Source of the DNA: a virus
IMG/VR virus record: IMGVR_UViG_3300032893_000017
Coordinates: 1-64,000 of that record
DNA: 64,000 nt
Reading direction: 5' to 3' (one strand)
Below the pieces are notes generated by a model. That model did no database searches, was not told the origin of the DNA, and saw only the letters and a list, made by a program, of their open reading frames with translations. Positions within the stretch are counted from its first letter, which is position 1, and every line of letters begins with the position of its first letter. Below are positions 35,192-44,819 of this stretch, piece by piece. Made by a program: the position numbers and the translations under genes.

Positions 35192-37592
35192 TAATTACCT
35201 CAACTTCCAATATTGTTCTTCCTTTTTTACTTTTATATTTTTTTTTAATTTTAAATTTCATTCCATCTATTGCTAAAAATTCCATTTCTATACTATTAAA
35301 TCCCATTGAAACTATTCCACTATCATTTATCCTTCTTAATGCAGGAGCAACTTTACTTCCTTTAGGAAAAGTAATCTCCATTAAAGCCCCATTTTCTGAT
35401 TCATGTTTTGCAAAAGTAAAAGCAATAAATTTATCTCCTGTCCAAGAACTAAAAGATGGAGATTGAAAAATATCTCCCTCTTTTAAATCTTCTGTAAATA
35501 ATTTTCCCATTACTCCTCTATAAACAATAATATTATTTTTTAGTGGGTTATTATTTATATAATTTCTAATATTTTTTATTTGTTTATCAACAATTTTATT
35601 TGTTTCTTCTAAATCTTTTCCTTTGAATAATTTTCTATCTTTTACATTTAAAAATCTTTCTCTTACATAATCATAAGAATTTCCAGAGTAAGAAGATACG
35701 TCTTCTAAAATCTCTTTATTTTTAATATAAAATTCATCAATATACTTTTTATAATTTTCATTAACCCATTTATCATAATCTTCTTCAGTTCCTAAAAATA
35801 CAGGTTCTTTTTTTATTTCTTTATAAATGTATTCTGCATTCTTGCCTTCACCTATCTTTTTGATATATTTGTGATTTAATCTGCTTGATTTTCTTAATTC
35901 TTTCTTCTTAAAATAGAACTTCATCTCGTCTTTGAACTTCTTCAATGACATTGGTATTATTCCACCAAACATTTCTTTTGTCATTGTTTTTATGTATTTA
36001 CTTTCAAATTCCTGTGCTGTCCCAAATCCTATTCCAAACTTTAATTCATCAAACTTTCCATCTAGCTTTTGAATAAGCATGTAGATTGTACTGTATTGCT
36101 TAATAGGTCTATTGATACATACATCTATATCTTCCCCGTCTGGACTGTCTGTGTTTTTGATATATCCATAATCATATTCCATTAAATTTTTATATGGACT
36201 GCCTGGATATTCCCTTGTTTCTCCTTTTCTCCATTCTATAGCAATATCTAATCCTTTGAAGTTTATTGTTTCTTTTGTTGAATCATTTTTTAATAGGTCT
36301 AATTTTTTATCTCTAAAAGACTTCTCTACTTTCCATTCTATTGCATTTATTTCTGGGTTGTATTGCTGAAACTCTGGATGAAACTCAGACCAAAAATGCG
36401 TGCAGTGAGGATGGCTGGGAATTGCTATCCATTTCTTGCCTATTGCATCCTTTCCTACCCATATATAGTATTCTGCAAATTCGTCATTTGCTATATCTGA
36501 GTTTCTAGACTTTGGAACAAGTAAGCAAACCTTTCCTATCCACTTATTGCATGGCTGATCTGGCTTTTCTTGTTTGTTATATTCACCACTGTATATGAAG
36601 TATTTCTTTTCACCTGTTTTTAAGCTGTCCTGTAACCCTGCTGCTAAATAACCATTGTTCATTGCCATAGATGTTTCTGTTAAGATGATCCTTCTAAGAT
36701 CCCTTTCATATGCCTGCTTTGTTTCGTTTGTTAAGTCTTTTCCTAACTCGTCTTCTAAGTCTACATGGTATAATCTACTTATCATTTCTTGTTTTGACAA
36801 TCCATCTTCCAGCCCACTTACTATATTTTTTCTTACTATGTCTCTTATCTTTGTATAAGCATCTCCCTGTATTGATAGATACTTCGCTGCATTTTCTTTT
36901 GCGAACTTAATTGCTTGTGATAACTGTTCATTTCTATCTATTTCTTTTTTTATGTAGTTTTTGTCATTTATTCTCTCTCCATACTTGTCTACTATATTGT
37001 CATAAGACATTCTTTTCTGTTCTTCTTTGTCAATTCCTTCTTCATCCATCCATTTTAATAGTAATCCAAATAATCCTGCTCTTACTATTGTTTCATCCTC
37101 TAGATCAATATTGTCTTTAAAGTAGTTTACAACATCTTTATTGAAAGACTCCCACTCTGCATTGGTCATTAACTGTTTTGTCTCTGGGTTGTAGATTACT
37201 TTTCCTTTAAATTGAATTGGTTCTAACTTTTTCTTTTTTCCTATTCCAAAGGATTGAAACTTATCTATTGCTTTTTTATACTTGTCTCTAAGTTCTGTCC
37301 ACAAGGATTTCATTAGCAATGCTTCTTCTGTTATTTCACCTTGACTAGCTTTCAATAAATCATACATTGGAAAAGAATAAGACTTTCTTACTGACGAAGG
37401 ATCTACTTCCAATTTTAAACATAGTCCTATCATTATTCCTTCTGTAAGTTCATGAAGATATTCTAACAATGCTAATTGGTATTCTTGTATAAAACGAAAT
37501 TGAGAGAATTCATATTCATCTAGATTCTTTATTGCCTTCTCTAGAATATCAAAAAAGTTATTATTGTATTTTGTAGGAATTCTTAGTTTCAT
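35184..37592 (-). CDS. MuF-like minor head protein fused to inorganic pyrophosphatase-like and ADP-ribosyltransferase domains
   Basis: RDLRRIILTE...C...PSHPHCTH (MuF); IEWRKG...YDYGYI..TDSPDGEDIDV (PPase-like); VYRG, FSSWT, EMEFL (R-S-E ART). Confidence 0.85.
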   Translation of the reverse strand: MKLRIPTKYNNNFFDILEKAIKNLDEYEFSQFRFIQEYQLALLEYLHELTEGIMIGLCLKLEVDPSSVRKSYSFPMYDLLKASQGEITEEALLMKSLWTELRDKYKKAIDKFQSFGIGKKKKLEPIQFKGKVIYNPETKQLMTNAEWESFNKDVVNYFKDNIDLEDETIVRAGLFGLLLKWMDEEGIDKEEQKRMSYDNIVDKYGERINDKNYIKKEIDRNEQLSQAIKFAKENAAKYLSIQGDAYTKIRDIVRKNIVSGLEDGLSKQEMISRLYHVDLEDELGKDLTNETKQAYERDLRRIILTETSMAMNNGYLAAGLQDSLKTGEKKYFIYSGEYNKQEKPDQPCNKWIGKVCLLVPKSRNSDIANDEFAEYYIWVGKDAIGKKWIAIPSHPHCTHFWSEFHPEFQQYNPEINAIEWKVEKSFRDKKLDLLKNDSTKETINFKGLDIAIEWRKGETREYPGSPYKNLMEYDYGYIKNTDSPDGEDIDVCINRPIKQYSTIYMLIQKLDGKFDELKFGIGFGTAQEFESKYIKTMTKEMFGGIIPMSLKKFKDEMKFYFKKKELRKSSRLNHKYIKKIGEGKNAEYIYKEIKKEPVFLGTEEDYDKWVNENYKKYIDEFYIKNKEILEDVSSYSGNSYDYVRERFLNVKDRKLFKGKDLEETNKIVDKQIKNIRNYINNNPLKNNIIVYRGVMGKLFTEDLKEGDIFQSPSFSSWTGDKFIAFTFAKHESENGALMEITFPKGSKVAPALRRINDSGIVSMGFNSIEMEFLAIDGMKFKIKKKYKSKKGRTILEVEVINE

Positions 37593-37599
37593 TGCTTTC

Positions 37600-37929
37600 C
37601 TAATATTGCATTATTGGTTGCATTAATCCATGATTTCTCATCCATACTTCCCTGAATTTTTTACTAAACAGTTTTATCCACTTATGATAGATTCCTTCAC
37701 CTGGATCTGTACCTATTTTCTTTGCTATAGCTTCCCTGTATTGTTTCATAGCAGTAATTTGGTCTTGCATGAATCGATGGAAGGTTTCCTGATCCATATC
37801 TTTTTCTTTATAGATGTATCTATTTCCTTCCTTCCTTAGATACTTATGTGATAGTGCTTTTAATAATCCATTATCTTCTAGAGTAAATGACTTAAAGAAA
37901 TATTCATCGAATAAAAAAGGTTGATTCAT
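37600..37929 (-). CDS. small HKY-tag protein
   Basis: FFKS...LLKALSHKYLRKEGNRYIY plus a short C-terminal domain. Confidence 0.7.
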   Translation of the reverse strand: MNQPFLFDEYFFKSFTLEDNGLLKALSHKYLRKEGNRYIYKEKDMDQETFHRFMQDQITAMKQYREAIAKKIGTDPGEGIYHKWIKLFSKKFREVWMRNHGLMQPIMQY

Positions 37930-37930
37930 T

Positions 37931-40564
37931 CTATTCTCCTTTTTCTATACACTGTAATAATTTATCATAATATTGCTGATCTTTAATTATCCCTTTCTTT
38001 ACTTTATCTTCTGTGTCCCATCTTTTTTTTGTTATTTGTTTTCCCAAAACAAGTTCTTTATCTGAAGTAGACTTAAAAACTAAAGACTTTTGCATCTCCT
38101 GCTTAAATGCTCTCATAAATATATCTTTTAATTTTTCTAAATCACTTTTTGTAAAGTCTGAAAGGCTACCTGTAGGAGCATCTGTTACTCTTACTTCTGT
38201 TTTTTTGTTTTTTAGCAATACATCATGCAATAGCTGATTCCCAAATCTTGCTACCATTTCAGAATCATCCGCGTAATATTTACTATTACTGCTGCTTAAA
38301 AACTTTTGATAAGACTTTGTTTTCTTAACTTCTTTTACAAAAAGAACACGATCTTGATTCCAGATAGGGTTGCCGTCTTTATATCCTAATACTCTTTCTG
38401 TGTAGAACAAATGATGAAAGTATTCGTGAACAAAAGAATTCTTGAATTTAGATCCTATTGTTATACTTTTATTTGAGGGACTGTAAAAAGCTCGTGCTAC
38501 CTTATTATAAGAAATCTGTGCATAATCTTTTTGAAAAGATATTGATAAATTAGTGTGATTTGCAAAACCTAAATCTTTTAAAAGTTCTAATTGATACATA
38601 ATATTACACCATGCTTTTTTATTTTCAGGTGTAATATTATTTTGGATGCTTACTTTGAAGTTCTTATTAGCATAATCATACATTTCCTCTATTTTCATTT
38701 TCTCAAATTTTTTTATAGAAATCATTTTTTCAATATTCTCTAGAGTTTCATTTTCTTTCTTATCTGTCTCTTCATAAATATATTTTGCATTCTTGCCTTC
38801 ACCTATCTTTTTAATATACTTATGATTTATCTTTGATTTAAAGAATACTATTTGAGTTCCAATTGACTTAATTAGTATATCTATCTTTTCCATAATTGCA
38901 TTTATTGGTTGATCACTCTTAATCATTTCTGAATACTTGCTTCCTATTTCTTTTATCTTTTTGAGTATTTTATGCACCATTACTGGAGATATTTTTATTG
39001 CTGTTGCTATTTCTTTTCCTGTTTGCTTCTTTGTTAAAAGATCTACTACTTTCTTTTCATTCTTTGTTTTTAATTCTGATTTTATTTTACTTAAAAAGTC
39101 TTTTACGTTTTTAGTTCTTTCCTTCTGTTCTTGTTCATACTGTTCATTTGTTTTGTATTCCTTTGATATTAAATCTATTTTATCAATATCACTTTCTACA
39201 TTCTCGTCTAATGCAGGTGTATTAAGAATCTTTTCAAAACGTTTGTCTAGAATGTTGTCTCTGTCCACTCCCTGTATACCTACATACTCTCCAGTTTTAG
39301 GGTCTTTTATTTCTCCATGCTTCATATATCCTTTTATGTAAGTGTATAAGTAAGTAGAAAAAGTATTTGGAGGATATTTTTTAAGATTGAAATTTCTTAT
39401 TGCATGTATCATTCCCAAATTGCCATTTTGATATGCATCCTCTACATCTATCTTTCCCGTTTCATAATCCATAAGAAGATTTTTATTACGCTGAATTACT
39501 GCTGTGATATATTTTTGATTCTCTACAATAAAATTAGCTCTTGTTGCCCTATCTTCTTTTAACGTATTTATTTGTTCTGCTGATATATTGCCTATATTTA
39601 TTCCTGTTCTAAGTGTATATGATTTTCCTTCCTTTGTTATTCCTTCTACTATCTTTCCACTTTCATCTCTATACCAATATCTGTAATTTCCTTTACCTCC
39701 CTGTCTACGAATGTATTTATGTCCAGATTTCATTATTCCAGTAATATTTTTGATAAGATTGAAAAATCCTAGTTTAATTGACTTTGCCATCTCCAAAGCA
39801 TGTTGTTTTACTACAAACTCTTTTCCTGCTTCGTCTACTAATTTTACTATCCCGTCTTTTATTTCTTTTATTGTAGCAACTAATCCTCTTCCTTGGTGTT
39901 GATGAATACCTTCTTTTGATTTTGCATCTGGTTTGATTCTAACTTTTGCTCCTATTTTAATTTCTGGTTTTTGTTCCCCGTCTTTCTTTTGTGTTGTTTT
40001 CTTTTCTGCATACTGTTTTGCTTTTTCATAGTCATTTGTGATTTTTGTTTTGCCATCCCAATAGAAACCATCTTTGAATTCCAATCCTTCTATTCGTTTG
40101 GGTTCTTGTTTAGCCTTAGGCTGGTCACCTTTAGCTTCTTCATAAATATATTTATCACCTTCCTTACGAAGATATTTATGAGACATTATATTTTTAAAAA
40201 AGACTAAATTAACTTTTTTTTTTAAGTCTGTTAAAGATTTTAAGAAGCCTATTATTACATTTGGTTTAGATTTTTTTGTTAGTCCTGCTTCTGAAAGTGC
40301 AATCGCAATAGCCTGCTTTCTATTCGTAACTTTATCACCACTTCCAGACCTTAGTTTCTTTCTTTTAAATTCCCCCATGACAACATGCACCTTGTCTTGT
40401 TTGTTTTTTAGCTTTTTTCTTTTCTTAGCTCCAGCACCTAATTTATCTGGGTGCTTGTATGCTTCTTCTACTGTCATTTTTTCTGCAGCATCTACAATAT
40501 ACTTTGGAAGTGCTTCCTGTTCGTTTCCTATTTTGGATTTAATTAAAAAAACTAATTTCGTCAT
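37931..40564 (-). CDS. polyvalent protein: DUF6496-like + KOW-like + sigma70-family factor + zincin metallopeptidase
   Basis: KVHVVMGEFK...RKQAIAIALSEAG; VEDAYQNGNLGMIHAIRNF...FSTYLYTYI (region 2); TGKEIATAIKISPVMVHK (region 4 HTH); FVHEYFH...EMVAR. Confidence 0.8.
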   Translation of the reverse strand: MTKLVFLIKSKIGNEQEALPKYIVDAAEKMTVEEAYKHPDKLGAGAKKRKKLKNKQDKVHVVMGEFKRKKLRSGSGDKVTNRKQAIAIALSEAGLTKKSKPNVIIGFLKSLTDLKKKVNLVFFKNIMSHKYLRKEGDKYIYEEAKGDQPKAKQEPKRIEGLEFKDGFYWDGKTKITNDYEKAKQYAEKKTTQKKDGEQKPEIKIGAKVRIKPDAKSKEGIHQHQGRGLVATIKEIKDGIVKLVDEAGKEFVVKQHALEMAKSIKLGFFNLIKNITGIMKSGHKYIRRQGGKGNYRYWYRDESGKIVEGITKEGKSYTLRTGINIGNISAEQINTLKEDRATRANFIVENQKYITAVIQRNKNLLMDYETGKIDVEDAYQNGNLGMIHAIRNFNLKKYPPNTFSTYLYTYIKGYMKHGEIKDPKTGEYVGIQGVDRDNILDKRFEKILNTPALDENVESDIDKIDLISKEYKTNEQYEQEQKERTKNVKDFLSKIKSELKTKNEKKVVDLLTKKQTGKEIATAIKISPVMVHKILKKIKEIGSKYSEMIKSDQPINAIMEKIDILIKSIGTQIVFFKSKINHKYIKKIGEGKNAKYIYEETDKKENETLENIEKMISIKKFEKMKIEEMYDYANKNFKVSIQNNITPENKKAWCNIMYQLELLKDLGFANHTNLSISFQKDYAQISYNKVARAFYSPSNKSITIGSKFKNSFVHEYFHHLFYTERVLGYKDGNPIWNQDRVLFVKEVKKTKSYQKFLSSSNSKYYADDSEMVARFGNQLLHDVLLKNKKTEVRVTDAPTGSLSDFTKSDLEKLKDIFMRAFKQEMQKSLVFKSTSDKELVLGKQITKKRWDTEDKVKKGIIKDQQYYDKLLQCIEKGE

Positions 40565-40576
40565 ATTGTTTTATCC

Positions 40577-40777
40577 TTAATTTATTTTTTCTGGTTCTTC
40601 TACTATCTCTTTAATTAGCACTTGGTTACGAATTAAATTATCTTCTATAATTGTTACTACACTAAATCTACAATTATATTTTTTCATCAATTCGTTTACC
40701 TTTTCGCAGCATTCCTTTGCATTAGGTTCTGCTGCTTCTTTGTTTTCTTTTGGATCTATGACCTGCATTTCATCCAT
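40577..40777 (-). CDS. hypothetical protein
   Basis: ORF with AAGGAG RBS. Confidence 0.55.
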   Translation of the reverse strand: MDEMQVIDPKENKEAAEPNAKECCEKVNELMKKYNCRFSVVTIIEDNLIRNQVLIKEIVEEPEKIN

Positions 40778-40982
40778 GGTTTATCTCCTTGTCTTTCATA
40801 TTTGAACTACAAGAAGGACAATAGTTGTGCCATAAGTTATTTATCTTTTTGGCTGTCCATCCCTGCTTTTTTAGTTCCCTCATTAAAAAATTCCAATTGT
40901 TATCTGCCCAAATTTCTTTCCTGCATCCACAGTTATTGTCACAGATTATTTCATAATCGCCATCTCCAATATTTGTTATCAT
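40770..40982 (-). CDS. small zinc-binding phage protein
   Basis: ICD..CG...GW...CPSC. Confidence 0.6.
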   Translation of the reverse strand: MITNIGDGDYEIICDNNCGCRKEIWADNNWNFLMRELKKQGWTAKKINNLWHNYCPSCSSNMKDKEINHG

Positions 40983-40991
40983 TTAACACTC

Positions 40992-41267
40992 CTATATTAA
41001 ATGTTTAGTTACTTCTAGAAGTAAAGTTTCTATTTCTTCTGTTGTCTTTAATGAAAATACTTCTCTATACCAATACTTGCTCTCTACTGGAATATATGTC
41101 AATGTCAACAGATATCCATTGCTTATCATTTCTAAGGTAAAACTGAACCAGTTTATTTTGATACTATCGTCTTTAAATACTTTTATTCCCATCTCCTCTA
41201 TCATTTTTCTGTGCTTAGCTGGTATTTGTATTGGTTCTGGTTTTACTTCTATTTTCTTCTTTTCCAT
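40992..41267 (-). CDS. hypothetical protein
   Basis: ORF with RBS. Confidence 0.55.
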   Translation of the reverse strand: MEKKKIEVKPEPIQIPAKHRKMIEEMGIKVFKDDSIKINWFSFTLEMISNGYLLTLTYIPVESKYWYREVFSLKTTEEIETLLLEVTKHLI

Positions 41268-41276
41268 TGTAGTTCC

Positions 41277-41696
41277 TTAAAGCTTTAAAATGTTTTTTGT
41301 CTTTAGTATGATATATATTTTCTCTTTTGCATTTGATTTGTCATGTGCTGGTTCATACTGTAATCCTTTTTCCATCATCTCATCTACTGCTTCAGTTGTC
41401 TCATGCAATAGAACATGATAGTAAGTAACTGTTTGTAAGTTGTTGTCTATCCATACTTCATATTCTGGGATATATTTCTTTGCCATCCAGTTTCCAGCTT
41501 CATCAAAGTCCATATCATGGTTTCTTTTTACATAAGTTCCATTTACTGTAAAGACTTTTATCTTTACTTTTTTGTAGACAAGTGTTCCTATAAAGAGTTT
41601 TTGTAAACTCCCATCCATTTTTTCTTCATTGAATTTTTCTATGATATCTACTAGAGTTTTGAAGTCTTGCGCATCTTGTTTTAAATTATCTTCCAT
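41277..41696 (-). CDS. zincin-like (HExxE...H) protein
   Basis: EVWID...VLLHETTE...YEPAH. Confidence 0.55.
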   Translation of the reverse strand: MEDNLKQDAQDFKTLVDIIEKFNEEKMDGSLQKLFIGTLVYKKVKIKVFTVNGTYVKRNHDMDFDEAGNWMAKKYIPEYEVWIDNNLQTVTYYHVLLHETTEAVDEMMEKGLQYEPAHDKSNAKEKIYIILKTKNILKL

Positions 41697-41800
41697 TATT
41701 TTATCCTACTAGTAAAGATCTGTTTTTGAATTCTTCTATTATGGCCTTGCAGAAAAGTATTTTTACATTCTTGACCACAATTACAGGCGCATAAGTTCAT
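41696..41800 (-). CDS. 34-aa CxCxCG...GHN mini-protein (not in track)
   Basis: MNLCACNCGQECKNTFLQGHNRR...; AAGGA RBS; TAATG coupling. Confidence 0.45.
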   Translation of the reverse strand: MNLCACNCGQECKNTFLQGHNRRIQKQIFTSRIK

Positions 41801-41812
41801 ATAATTTCCTTC

Positions 41813-43390
41813 TTATATTATAATAGTAATATATTCCTTTTTACTTTTTTCTAATTCTTCCTCATTTATTTCAAATTGAGGTTCTTCATTTTCTTCTTTT
41901 TTATCATTTCCAAATTGCTCTTGCTGGCTTTGTTGTTGGGACATTTGATCTTGTTGTATCTTCATCTGGCGTGCTTGTAGAAAAGTAGGGTCTAATATTA
42001 TCTTTCCTTCTCCATCTGGAAGAGGAGGAAGATCTTTTTCTGCCCGTAATTCATCAATAAGTAAATAACTTTTTACTCGTTTATCGTCGATTGCAACTTC
42101 CTCAGTCTGATTCCTTGCTTCTAGTCCAGCAGGTTCTATAATGAATTTGTCCCATTCTTTATCTTTGTTTTGCTTTGCTAATACTTTATTATATACTTCA
42201 CATAGATTTGACATTATATATTTCAATCCACGATCATGACTAAATGCTATCTTCTTGTCTGCATTTTCATTCATAACATTTTGTGACTGTACTAGCCTTA
42301 TTCCTAATTCTTGACTGTCTGTTCCATGTATTGCAAATATCCAACTTGCTAGCATCTGTATATATTGATTGAATTCCATGTCCCTGTTTGATGGAGCTAT
42401 GCTTTGCCACTTTGCATTGTACTGCAAGAATGGAGTCTTCCACATTCCTTTTATCCCTCTAAACATGGATATCCATTCTCTTTGCAGTTCTTCTAAATCT
42501 TTTCTATCTAAATTCTGTCCATCAAATGTTAATATCCCTTTTGGCTGGCTTGAAGTATTAAAGAACTCTTTATTGTATGACATTCCAAATAGCCAGCTTG
42601 TTATTATGTCTATACACATTTCTATAAAGCTGTATCCGTAATCTCTTTTCCTTATGTCTGCTCTCATATTTGAACAGTAAAATACCATTTCCTCTTCTGT
42701 AAATGTTTCTGTTATCTTACTGTCTATCTCCTGAACATACTTTATTTCTTTATCACCCAGGTATCCTGTCTTCTTAACTGTCTTCTTTATTGTAGTTCCG
42801 TCTAACAGCCAGTAGTCTATCATTTCTCCTTTTCTGTTTCTTCTAGGTGTAATTGCTACTTGATCTATTGTAAGTATTTCCCTTACCATCATCTCATTCA
42901 TTCCAACTAAATGATCTTTCCTTTCTTCTGCTTCTGGAAAATCTATATAACCACTATATAGGATAAACTGTCCTATCTCTTCTGCTATTTTTTGTTCTTT
43001 CTTGTCTGGGGTTCTTTTTCTGTCTTTTAGTTTTACTACAAATCCTAATTCATCGTCGTTGTATGATATTCTTGCTGCATTTCTTATTTGCATACTTCTC
43101 AAGTTGTGAATAGATGCTATAGGACCTACTTTCTGTGCTATGTCTCTTAATACTTCAAAACTTAAATTGAAGAATCTTTCTCTTATTCCTCTGGCATTGA
43201 TGCTCCATCTAAAGAATGTTGGATCTGGTTCATAAATTCCCTGTGGTGGATTTATACTTCCTCCAGACTTAGACTTTCTTAGTATCTCTGTGTCTATACT
43301 TTTTTTGAATTCTTCTAAATCCCTGTCTATATCTATTGGAGTTGGTTCTAAATAGTCTTTTAATTTGTTTAATTCGGAAAGGTTAGCCAT
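41813..43390 (-). CDS. portal protein
   Basis: YG.S.IE, YNKEFF...PKGIL, DMEF, IDELRAEKDLPPLPDG motifs. Confidence 0.9.
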   Translation of the reverse strand: MANLSELNKLKDYLEPTPIDIDRDLEEFKKSIDTEILRKSKSGGSINPPQGIYEPDPTFFRWSINARGIRERFFNLSFEVLRDIAQKVGPIASIHNLRSMQIRNAARISYNDDELGFVVKLKDRKRTPDKKEQKIAEEIGQFILYSGYIDFPEAEERKDHLVGMNEMMVREILTIDQVAITPRRNRKGEMIDYWLLDGTTIKKTVKKTGYLGDKEIKYVQEIDSKITETFTEEEMVFYCSNMRADIRKRDYGYSFIEMCIDIITSWLFGMSYNKEFFNTSSQPKGILTFDGQNLDRKDLEELQREWISMFRGIKGMWKTPFLQYNAKWQSIAPSNRDMEFNQYIQMLASWIFAIHGTDSQELGIRLVQSQNVMNENADKKIAFSHDRGLKYIMSNLCEVYNKVLAKQNKDKEWDKFIIEPAGLEARNQTEEVAIDDKRVKSYLLIDELRAEKDLPPLPDGEGKIILDPTFLQARQMKIQQDQMSQQQSQQEQFGNDKKEENEEPQFEINEEELEKSKKEYITIII

Positions 43391-43426
43391 ATTTTATCCT
43401 CAAGGTTTGGACTTTAATATGACTAC

Positions 43427-43455
43427 ATTATAATATTTTTTTGATTGATTGTAAA
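43427..43455 (-). promoter_or_regulatory. promoter TTTACA-N17-TATAAT upstream of portal
   Basis: Read directly. Confidence 0.65.
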
Positions 43456-43472
43456 TTAATATTTATAGATAA

Positions 43473-44108
43473 TTATTTCTTTTTGTCATCTATTACTCCA
43501 AAATATTTTAATAATCTTTCCACTATATTAAAATCATGTCCTGCTAAAACAGTTCTGGTATCCAATTTTTTATTTCCAAAAATTCTTTTCAGCCATTCAA
43601 TTATATCATCATCTGGCTTTTGTGATTTCAATTTTTCTATTTCTTCAGCCTTTTCTTTTATTTCTTTTCTTAACTTCTTTCTATCATCAAAATATTCTCT
43701 TGATAAAGTTCTAATTGTATCATAATTACAGTCCATTTGATTTTCAAACAAGTCTCTTTCTTTAATTATCTGTTCTATTGCTGATTCATAATTATCAACT
43801 GTCAAATTATAAATATCTATACACATGTCATTATAATTTTCGTTTATTTTTTCAGCTTCTTTTCTTGCTTTATCCAGCATTTTTTCGCCTTTGCTTTTTT
43901 CTTTCCTATTATGAATTTCATCATAATCCTTTTTTAATTGCTCGTCTATTTCTGCTTTTGGTGGAATATAATCATTATATGAAGGGTGCATCAAATTTAA
44001 ATTATTTAGCACTTCAATTATTTCATTGATTTTATCCCATATTATAGCAAATTTTTCGATATTCCCTGGTCTTTTTCTATCATCTAATCTTTCAATCTGC
44101 TTGCTCAT
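43473..44108 (-). CDS. hypothetical coiled-coil protein
   Basis: ORF with AAGGAG RBS. Confidence 0.6.
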   Translation of the reverse strand: MSKQIERLDDRKRPGNIEKFAIIWDKINEIIEVLNNLNLMHPSYNDYIPPKAEIDEQLKKDYDEIHNRKEKSKGEKMLDKARKEAEKINENYNDMCIDIYNLTVDNYESAIEQIIKERDLFENQMDCNYDTIRTLSREYFDDRKKLRKEIKEKAEEIEKLKSQKPDDDIIEWLKRIFGNKKLDTRTVLAGHDFNIVERLLKYFGVIDDKKK

Positions 44109-44343
44109 TTTTTATCTCCTTTATTTCTTTTATCATCTCATCTATTAACATAATACATCTTCCGTAGCCTTTTATTAACATATTATTACTTCCATAAGCG
44201 TGATCTATTAACTTTTTCTTATCTGCTAATATCCTTCTTTTAAGTTCTACAAGTATTGCTTTATCTGGAATTGAATTTCTAATCATTTGTATTCCTTTAT
44301 TTAGTAAATCAATTTCTTCATTATATTTCTTATTAAAATTCAT
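44092..44343 (-). CDS. hypothetical protein
   Basis: ORF in operon. Confidence 0.55.
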   Translation of the reverse strand: MNFNKKYNEEIDLLNKGIQMIRNSIPDKAILVELKRRILADKKKLIDHAYGSNNMLIKGYGRCIMLIDEMIKEIKEIKNEQAD

Positions 44344-44351
44344 CTGTCATT

Positions 44352-44819
44352 TTATTTCCCTTCTAAATAATATTCTCTTTCATTAATCTGTGTACTATTA
44401 CATTGTCTAATAAAAGAATATTTAATTACACCTTTAACAAAGTATTTCTCTATATTCATTTCTTCATAAACTTGTTTGTCAATGTAGATCTTACTTGGGT
44501 TTTCCCAATCTTCTTTTTCTTTTATCTTTAAAAGCTTATTGTTCTTGTCTATCTTACAGTTATCAGCTATAAAGTAATATGCTTCTGGATAATCGTTTCT
44601 GTAATATCTGTATCCATCAAAAACATCTTCACATCGAGTTGTATAATATCCACTTCTACCTTTATATCCAGAAACATAAACTGGATAGCATTCTTGATGG
44701 TAATGATTCCTTTTTTCATACTCTACCTTTTGTTTTTCTATTCCTTTCTTAATAATAAAATACCCATTGTAACAATTTAAAAATAATACTGTCATTAAAA
44801 TTAAAATTAGTCTTTTCAT
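44352..44819 (-). CDS. putative lipoprotein
   Basis: MKR + hydrophobic core + LFLNC lipobox-like Cys16. Confidence 0.55.
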   Translation of the reverse strand: MKRLILILMTVLFLNCYNGYFIIKKGIEKQKVEYEKRNHYHQECYPVYVSGYKGRSGYYTTRCEDVFDGYRYYRNDYPEAYYFIADNCKIDKNNKLLKIKEKEDWENPSKIYIDKQVYEEMNIEKYFVKGVIKYSFIRQCNSTQINEREYYLEGK

